A DNA stretch of 64,000 nt, taken from positions 1,024,001 to 1,088,000 of the forward strand of contig CAWGLD010000001.1 in the NCBI GenBank assembly GCA_963823335.1, written 5' to 3'. Shown here piece by piece: positions 57,896 through 64,000 of the stretch; the stretch's first letter is position 1; every line of letters begins with the position of its first letter. Origin of the DNA: an uncultured delta proteobacterium (GTDB lineage Bacteria; Desulfobacterota; Desulfobacteria; Desulfobacterales; B30-G6). Both the position numbers and the translations under genes were made by a program. Under the pieces are notes generated by a model. The model ran no database searches. It saw only the letters and a list, made by a program, of their open reading frames with translations, and had not been told where the DNA came from.

Positions 57896-58042
57896 TTTTT
57901 AAGAAAGACCTTGATTCTGTCCGGGTCTGTAATGGCAGATAGATCCATACGTAACAGCACAAGTATACCAGGCTGCTATCGGAGAGAAATGGATGCATTT
58001 TGCCGGTAAGCGGCAATGTTGCCTCAAATAGCATCGCAAAGG

Positions 58043-58072
58043 AGTTTATTGAATCATCGCCGATGATGTCAA
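58043..58072 (-). promoter_or_regulatory. Sigma70-like promoter with an operator-like palindrome
   Basis: Minus strand TTGACA-18 nt-TAAACT. ATCATCG-N-CGATGAT (58053-58067) fills the spacer. Confidence 0.5.
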
Positions 58073-58092
58073 ATAGAAATTATCTGGGCGGG

Positions 58093-59376
58093 CTAGGCGG
58101 CCCTGCTAGTATGCTTTGCAGGCCTCATCGTGTCAGGCTCAAAGTTCAAAGTGGCAAAATAATCTTCGACATGTTCTTCCCTTCGAATCAACGCGACGGT
58201 TCCGTCTGCGCAAAGCAGGAGCTCTTTTGGTCGCAACCGTCCGTTGTAGTTGAATCCCATGGAGTAGCCATGTGCCCCGGTATCGTGTATACAAAGAATA
58301 TCTCCTGCATCGATATCCGGAAGACGTCGCTGAATGGCGAACTTGTCGTTGTTTTCACAAAGGGACCCCACCACATCGACCTTTTTATCGTTTTCAGTTG
58401 CACGTTTTCCGAGAATATCGATGTGGTGATAGGCGCCGTATATGGCAGGACGCATGAGGGATGACATGGAAGCGTCCACACCGATATAGGTGCGATAAAT
58501 ATCCTTTCGGTTTATGGCACTTGTCACCAGCACACCGTGAGGTCCGGTAATGTAGCGACCGCTTTCCATATAGAGTCTGGGAACATATCCGTTTCTGTCT
58601 TTGAACGAAATAAAAAGCGTTGTAATAGCTGCGGCCATCTCTTTCAGATTCAAAGGCGTTTCCGACGGGTGATAGGGTATTCCGAGGCCGCCCCCCATGT
58701 TGACAAATTCAAATCGTTGGCCAAGAGCGCCTGACAGTGTTTCCACGGTTTCCAACAGCATCTGAACCGTATGGATCATGTAGTCATGGTTCAATTCGTT
58801 GGATGCCAGCATGGTATGAATTCCCAGTTTTTTAGCGCCCCTTTGAATGGCCATCTGATATGCCTGGCATAACTGGGTGGAACTGACCCCATATTTGGAC
58901 TCGAGTGGATCACCGATGATGTTGTTCCCGGTTCTTTTTGCTCCGGGATTGTATCGGAAACTGATCCGCTCCGGCATCTGTGGTACCTTGGAGACCAGAG
59001 AAATATCGTCGAGATTCAAGATGCATCCACCACCGGATGCCGCCTTTTCAAACTCTGTGGTACTGGTGTTGTTGGATGTAAACATGATATCTTCCCCACG
59101 CGACCCGATCTTGCGGCTAAGCAACAGTTCAGGAACGGAACTGCAGTCGAAACCGAACCCAAGATCTTTTAATATCCTGAGTATGCGCGGGTTGGGTAGC
59201 GCCTTTACAGCATAATATTCCCGGAATAGATCAATTTCCGAAAATGCAGCTATCAGGTCTGTGCCTGTTTCCTGGATGCCCTTTGCGTCATACAGGTGGA
59301 AGGGGGTGCCAAAGTGGTTTACAATATCTTTCAGCAAGGGGAAAAGCCGGTTTTTGAATGATGCCGACATGGGCAT
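58093..59376 (-). CDS. lysA: Diaminopimelate decarboxylase
   Basis: GTPFHLYD, YAVKA (PLP lysine), SKYG, GGGLG, ESGRY, GSLCENND and GAHG.SMGFNYN motifs. Confidence 0.92.
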   Translation of the reverse strand: MPMSASFKNRLFPLLKDIVNHFGTPFHLYDAKGIQETGTDLIAAFSEIDLFREYYAVKALPNPRILRILKDLGFGFDCSSVPELLLSRKIGSRGEDIMFTSNNTSTTEFEKAASGGGCILNLDDISLVSKVPQMPERISFRYNPGAKRTGNNIIGDPLESKYGVSSTQLCQAYQMAIQRGAKKLGIHTMLASNELNHDYMIHTVQMLLETVETLSGALGQRFEFVNMGGGLGIPYHPSETPLNLKEMAAAITTLFISFKDRNGYVPRLYMESGRYITGPHGVLVTSAINRKDIYRTYIGVDASMSSLMRPAIYGAYHHIDILGKRATENDKKVDVVGSLCENNDKFAIQRRLPDIDAGDILCIHDTGAHGYSMGFNYNGRLRPKELLLCADGTVALIRREEHVEDYFATLNFEPDTMRPAKHTSRAA

Positions 59377-59466
59377 GGTTGTATCTCTCCTCTCTCACAA
59401 ATTTCCAGGATAGCGTCTGGGCGTTTCGACCCCGCCCGAACTGCATTCTGATATACATGGGTGTGG

Positions 59467-60690
59467 CTAAAACAGGGCTGATTTAATGCGATCCATGGCA
59501 ATGGCCACATTTTCATAATTGTTAAAGGCACTGATTCTGACAAAGCCCTCACCACACAGCCCAAAACCTGCTCCAGGGGTGCAGACGACACCGGCTTTAT
59601 CCAGAAGCAGATCAAAGAATTCCCATGATTTTCGCTGACAGTCGACCCAGATATAAGGAGAATTGACACCTCCGATACAGATAAACCCCATTTTTGTTAT
59701 TTCTTTTAATATCAGTGCAGCGTTCTGCAGGTAATAATCAATCAATATACGGGTTTGTTGCCTTCCTTCAGGACTGTAGACAGCCTCGGCAGCTTTTTGG
59801 ACCGGATACGAGACACTGTTGAACTTTGTTGTGTGCCTGCGATTCCACAGATCGTTCAGCGAACAGGATTCACCGCTCTCGGTATAGGCGGTGCAGTCTT
59901 TGGGCACCACGGTATAAGCGCAACGGGTACCGGTAAATCCAGCTGTTTTAGAAAAGCTCCTGAACTCAATGGCAACTTGCCGGGCACCTTCGATTTCAAA
60001 TATCGATCTGGGGAGGGTGTCGTCCCGGATAAACGCCTCATAAGCGGCATCGTATAATATCAAAGCACGATGGTCTCTTGCATACGCGACCCATTCACGT
60101 AATTGCTCTTTGGTAATCACGGCACCCGTTGGGTTGTTTGGGTAACATAGGTATATCAAGTCCACTGATGTTGACGGCAGCCGGGGCACAAACCCGTTTT
60201 CCTGACGACATTCCAGATAGGTGATGCCTTCATACCTGCCTTCATGATAAGGCCCGGTACGGCCCGCCATAACATTGGTGTCTACATAAACGGGATATAC
60301 GGGATCCGGGATCGCCACCGTGATATTTTGGGAGAAAATTTCTTGAATGTTACCGGTGTCACATTTGGCACCGTCACTGATAAAGATTTCGTTGGCCTGG
60401 ATATCGGCACCATATTTCTGAAAGTCCTCTTTGGCAATGATTTCCCGTAAGAACGGATACCCCTGTTCAGGACCATATCCTCGAAATGTATGGTCGTGTG
60501 CCATTTCATCGACAGCCAGGTGAAGGGCCTGAATACAGGCTTTTGGCAATGCCCGGGTCACATCGCCGATTCCCAGTTTGATAATTTCTTTGGTCGGGTT
60601 TTCCGCTTGGTGCTGATTTACCCGCCTGGCTATTTCGGCAAATAAGTAAGATGATTGCAGTTTTTGGTAGTTTTCGTTGATTCGGATCAT
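59467..60690 (-). CDS. dapL: LL-diaminopimelate aminotransferase
   Basis: SYLF, LGIGDVT, GYGPEQG, SDGAKCD, PNNPTG, DAAY and [13 protein letters not shown] motifs. Confidence 0.96.
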   Translation of the reverse strand: MIRINENYQKLQSSYLFAEIARRVNQHQAENPTKEIIKLGIGDVTRALPKACIQALHLAVDEMAHDHTFRGYGPEQGYPFLREIIAKEDFQKYGADIQANEIFISDGAKCDTGNIQEIFSQNITVAIPDPVYPVYVDTNVMAGRTGPYHEGRYEGITYLECRQENGFVPRLPSTSVDLIYLCYPNNPTGAVITKEQLREWVAYARDHRALILYDAAYEAFIRDDTLPRSIFEIEGARQVAIEFRSFSKTAGFTGTRCAYTVVPKDCTAYTESGESCSLNDLWNRRHTTKFNSVSYPVQKAAEAVYSPEGRQQTRILIDYYLQNAALILKEITKMGFICIGGVNSPYIWVDCQRKSWEFFDLLLDKAGVVCTPGAGFGLCGEGFVRISAFNNYENVAIAMDRIKSALF

Positions 60691-60805
60691 ATGCCACCTC
60701 TCGTTTATATGAGTTTAACTTTAGTTTTCTGCGCAGTGTGGTAATAATGCTGCCTTGCTGAATCCAATGACCCTGTCCGTCTGAGTTGTGCGGGGAAAAA
60801 TCAGC

Positions 60806-61273
60806 TTAGGCGATATCATGGGTGTCTATCGGAATTCGTGCTGTTTCTTTGAAGGTAGACATGACAATGGCGGTATGGGTCTTTTTTACATCTGCTATCC
60901 TGAGAATTTTATCCTGGATAAGTTTGCCCAGTTCCGCGACATCGGAAACACGGACCTTCACTAAAAAACCGTCTTCCCCCGTAATATGGTGAACCTCCTG
61001 AATTTCAGGAATCGCTGTGAGCCGCTTGCCTGTCAGGGCCACACTCTCGCGGGAACTTGTGACGACGGTAATAAACGCAACCAGATTTCGTTTGAATTTT
61101 TCAGGGTTCAGGCGGACTTCATACCCATCGATAAACCCTTTTTGTTCAAGCTTACGGATTCGTTCCAATACTGCAGACGGTGCCATATCGACCTGTCTTG
61201 CAACTTCTACGTTCGGAATTCTGGCCTTTGTTTGTAATATCTTCAGTATTTTTAAACTTATTTCGTCTAACAT
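60806..61273 (-). CDS. Lrp/AsnC family transcriptional regulator
   Basis: LDE...KIL.ILQ..ARI, AVLERIRKLE..G.I.GY and VHHITGE motifs. Confidence 0.95.
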   Translation of the reverse strand: MLDEISLKILKILQTKARIPNVEVARQVDMAPSAVLERIRKLEQKGFIDGYEVRLNPEKFKRNLVAFITVVTSSRESVALTGKRLTAIPEIQEVHHITGEDGFLVKVRVSDVAELGKLIQDKILRIADVKKTHTAIVMSTFKETARIPIDTHDIA

Positions 61274-61435
61274 TCTTAAATCCTCTATTTTCGGAAACTA
61301 ATATTCGTTAATAAGCACCTTGTCAAGAATATAATTCAAAACAGCTCAGGCGGCACCAATGCCCATGTTTCAGGCTGGAAGGAGCGCGTTGTGCTGCCCA
61401 TTGAGTTCATTTGGTGCAGCATATGATTTCTGTGG

Positions 61436-61464
61436 TTGACTTTGAGTTTTTTATTTAGTATTAT
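61436..61464 (+). promoter_or_regulatory. Sigma70-type promoter for usp
   Basis: TTGACT-17 nt-TATTAT. Confidence 0.6.
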
Positions 61465-61561
61465 CAAGGCATTAAACTACGATAAGTCTGACCGCTTGAT
61501 CTGTCAGCCCATGACTGACCGAATGCACATGCTGAAGAAACCCAACACCGGATAATAACAG

Positions 61562-61999
61562 ATGAAATTTTTCAAAAGCAGAGAAAATCGCGGCAACCTG
61601 ATGGTGTGTTACGAAGATACCGATGTTTCCAAGGAAACCTTAAAGCTTGCCCAGAAATATGCCAAGGCGTGGCAGGTTGCCGTAGATGTCGTCTCCTCCT
61701 TTAAAAGAGAAGAACCGCTGGCGATATCTGAGGTAAGAGGAATGGAGGATGCCTTCCAGATCCAGATTAAGGAACAATTCACCAATAGCGATATCCCATA
61801 CCGTGCCCACCTGCTCGTGGATATCTATTCACCCGGAGAACAACTGGTTACGTTTTCCGAGGGCAAAGACTATGAATTCATCTTTATCGGGATATCCAAA
61901 AGATCAAAAGTCGGAAAACTTCTGTTCGGATCCACTGCGCAGTATATCATTTTAAATGCACCTTATCCGGTAATAACTGTTAACGGATTAAGCCGCTAG
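61562..61999 (+). CDS. Universal stress protein
   Basis: IFIGISKRSKVGKLLFGSTAQYIILNAPYPVITV motif. Confidence 0.93.
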   Translation: MKFFKSRENRGNLMVCYEDTDVSKETLKLAQKYAKAWQVAVDVVSSFKREEPLAISEVRGMEDAFQIQIKEQFTNSDIPYRAHLLVDIYSPGEQLVTFSEGKDYEFIFIGISKRSKVGKLLFGSTAQYIILNAPYPVITVNGLSR

Positions 62000-62341
62000 C
62001 TTCGGAGGTTGAGCATGAACCCTTTCTCCCAGCTAATTGGGAGAAGAGCCTCTTTTATTATCCGTGTCAACTTATCACAACCACCCCATAGACAGGTCTT
62101 TTCATGATCATTTCTTCAAGCCACAAAGCTACAGCTGATGGATAATGTTCAGTGGTCTCCTGTAAATATGTTATCGACTGTGTCAGGTTTGGATTGCTTT
62201 CTTTGAATTAAATGTATATGAAGCAGCATTTGCGACATTGTTCCATTATCTCAGAATTGACCAATGCTCACTGAAAACCGTGTGTTTTTGAACGTTTCAT
62301 AAGAAAACAGATATGGGTTTCCATAAAAAGGAAATACTATC

Positions 62342-63814
62342 ATGGACTCGTTCGATACGGCTATTCATTTTCCCCACCTTCGAGTTTTATCGGATGATCA
62401 ACTTCGCAATATCTATCGGGCAACATTGAGCTGTCTGCAGCGAACAGGTGTTGAGGTTCACAACCAGGAAGCAAGAGAGCTTCTATACGATGCCGGTGCG
62501 GACATCGATGATCATCGCGTTCGTATCCCCTCTCATGTTATTGAAACCATTCTGAACGATGTGCCTAAAACGTTTACGATCTATGGTCAAAATCAAAAAT
62601 GGGATATGTTGATTGAATCAGGTCAGGTCAGATATGGAACAGGGCCGACCTGTACCTATTTCATGGATCCAGAAACCGGAAAAAAACACAAGACCCAAAA
62701 AAGCGACCCGGCCCTTACTGCTCTGGTTTGTGGTGCATTGGAAAATATAGATTATGTAATGTCCCTTGGACTGATAGACAATGTCACATCCACTTTGGCC
62801 TCTGTCCACGAGTTTGCCCAAATGATCACCCACACAGGCAAGCCGATTCTTGGCTGGGCTTTCAAGAAAGACCATCTCGAGGACATTTATAAAATTGCTT
62901 CCGCCGTTTCAGGAAGCGAAGAGGCTTTTCAGCTGCGACCCAATTTCGGCTTCTTTTCTACCTGGCAGGCACCTCTGGCGCATATGGATGAGGATCTGAG
63001 CAACTGTCTGTGGGCCCTGGAGAGGAATATTCCGATCATATATATCGGTGGCGGAGTGGCGGGGTTAACTGCGCCGGTAACTGGCGCCGGTCTCCTGGTT
63101 TCCAACCTTGCCAGCATGCTCAGCGGCATGGCCATATTTCAACTGAAGAAACCGGGGGCGCCCGTTTGCCTGGGCGCAGTTCCAGCACCCATGGATCTTC
63201 GTACCGCACGGATGGCCTATGGCGGACCCGAAATGAGTCTGTACTCTGCAGCGCTTTCAGAGATCACGCAATTTCTAAATATTCCCTTTATGGGGACTGC
63301 CGGCGCATCAGAATCCAAGGTAATGGATCTTCAGGCTGCCATCGAAAGCACTTTTCAAGTGGTACTGTCGCAGATGAGCAAAGCCAATATGGTACATGAT
63401 GTTGGCTTTCTCGACTGTGCCGATATTGGTTCACTTGAAATGCTGGTGATGACCGATGAGATCATTTCCCAGGCAAAACGGATTACCAGGGGTATAGAGG
63501 TTAGCGAGGAAACCTTGATGCTTGATCTCATCGATGAGGTAGGGACCAAAGGCAGTTTTATTGCAACCCCGCAAACGGCCAGGCGATGCCGGGAGGAAAT
63601 TTATACATCCGACCTGATGGATCGAAATGCATGGGCAACCTGGCAGGAAAGCGGTGCCAAAACCATGCTGGAGCGGGTACAAGAGAAACTTGCTGACATT
63701 CTATCCCAGCCTCCTTCAATTCAACTGTCTAGTGACGTCCTCGATCGTATATCGGGGATAATCCAGGCGGCTGAACAAAGAGAAGGTATTTTTCTTTTTG
63801 AAAACACAGGGTAA
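62342..63814 (+). CDS. MttB-superfamily (non-pyrrolysine) methylamine:corrinoid methyltransferase
   Basis: LSDDQL..I..A.L..L..TGV, APVT.AG.L, MDLRT...YGGPE, D.QAA.E, HDVGFLD and LV..DEI motifs. No in-frame TAG. Confidence 0.9.
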   Translation: MDSFDTAIHFPHLRVLSDDQLRNIYRATLSCLQRTGVEVHNQEARELLYDAGADIDDHRVRIPSHVIETILNDVPKTFTIYGQNQKWDMLIESGQVRYGTGPTCTYFMDPETGKKHKTQKSDPALTALVCGALENIDYVMSLGLIDNVTSTLASVHEFAQMITHTGKPILGWAFKKDHLEDIYKIASAVSGSEEAFQLRPNFGFFSTWQAPLAHMDEDLSNCLWALERNIPIIYIGGGVAGLTAPVTGAGLLVSNLASMLSGMAIFQLKKPGAPVCLGAVPAPMDLRTARMAYGGPEMSLYSAALSEITQFLNIPFMGTAGASESKVMDLQAAIESTFQVVLSQMSKANMVHDVGFLDCADIGSLEMLVMTDEIISQAKRITRGIEVSEETLMLDLIDEVGTKGSFIATPQTARRCREEIYTSDLMDRNAWATWQESGAKTMLERVQEKLADILSQPPSIQLSSDVLDRISGIIQAAEQREGIFLFENTG

Positions 63815-63827
63815 GAAGGAGAAGGCT

Positions 63828-64000
63828 ATGTTTTCATCTCGTGATATGGGCATCAGAAACATCAGGGCACGCAAGGAGCACCGGTGCTATGGCATGGGAC
63901 TGGGCATCATTATTCTGGACGATGTGTATCCCGGGTTTCCCGGTGACGTTAGAAATGCCAGCGCCTACCCATTTCCCATTCAATTCGAGATTGCTGAAGA
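63828..64000 (+). CDS. Asp/Glu/hydantoin racemase-like family protein (partial, runs off the window)
   Basis: AAGGAG RBS. Hand translation gives MFSSRDMGIRNIRARKEHRCYGMGLGIIILDDVYPGFPGDVRNASAYPFPIQFEIAE. Confidence 0.6.
   Translation, partial: MFSSRDMGIRNIRARKEHRCYGMGLGIIILDDVYPGFPGDVRNASAYPFPIQFEIAE

Noticed and set aside
57840-58034. 64-aa ORF as a leader peptide of the serine kinase operon
   Set aside because: No RBS, no telling codon run, and it overlaps the kinase gene out of frame.
260-63682. Many 60-213 aa ORFs antisense to or nested in assigned genes
   Set aside because: These are shadow ORFs of well-supported genes and show no family motifs.
62342-63814. Pyrrolysine recoding in mttB
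   Set aside because: The ORF is full length with no in-frame TAG.
1-64000. CRISPR arrays, tRNA/rRNA genes, prophage and defence genes
   Set aside because: No regularly spaced repeats, cloverleaf motifs or phage/defence signatures were seen by eye.

Overview
Ordinary chromosomal DNA from a sulfate-reducing bacterium. The dsrTMKJOP operon and the gene set suggest Desulfobacterota, probably Desulfobacterales-like; this taxonomy is inferred. Housekeeping blocks are rmuC with the molybdopterin genes (moaC, moaE-like, mobA, moaB), a radical SAM-prmA pair, tolC-ftsEX-envC-ctpA-deacetylase, pyrE, queD, dnaJ, nadB, rlpA-lon-hsp20, an RND pump, ridA, dodecin, dsrTMKJOP and lrp-dapL-lysA. Accessory parts are a decayed IS110 element with structured non-coding ends, a HypD-like glycyl radical enzyme with its activase, a heteromeric acyl-CoA dehydrogenase pair and a non-pyrrolysine MttB methyltransferase. 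There are two best candidates for an undescribed system. (1) 54.8-57.9 kb: a co-oriented SerK-like free serine kinase, a SerB-like ACT-ACT-HAD protein with degenerate catalytic motifs and a PAS-GGDEF diguanylate cyclase, possibly linking serine/phosphoserine status to c-di-GMP. (2) 32-38.3 kb: a PilZ-PilZ-(GNAT-like) protein and a V4R-like/GAF/HD-GYP phosphodiesterase whose putative synthase and sensor domains share one AT-rich patch, facing a methyltransferase and a B12 radical SAM gene. No rRNA, tRNA or CRISPR array was seen. All family assignments come from motif recognition by eye; no database searches were run.
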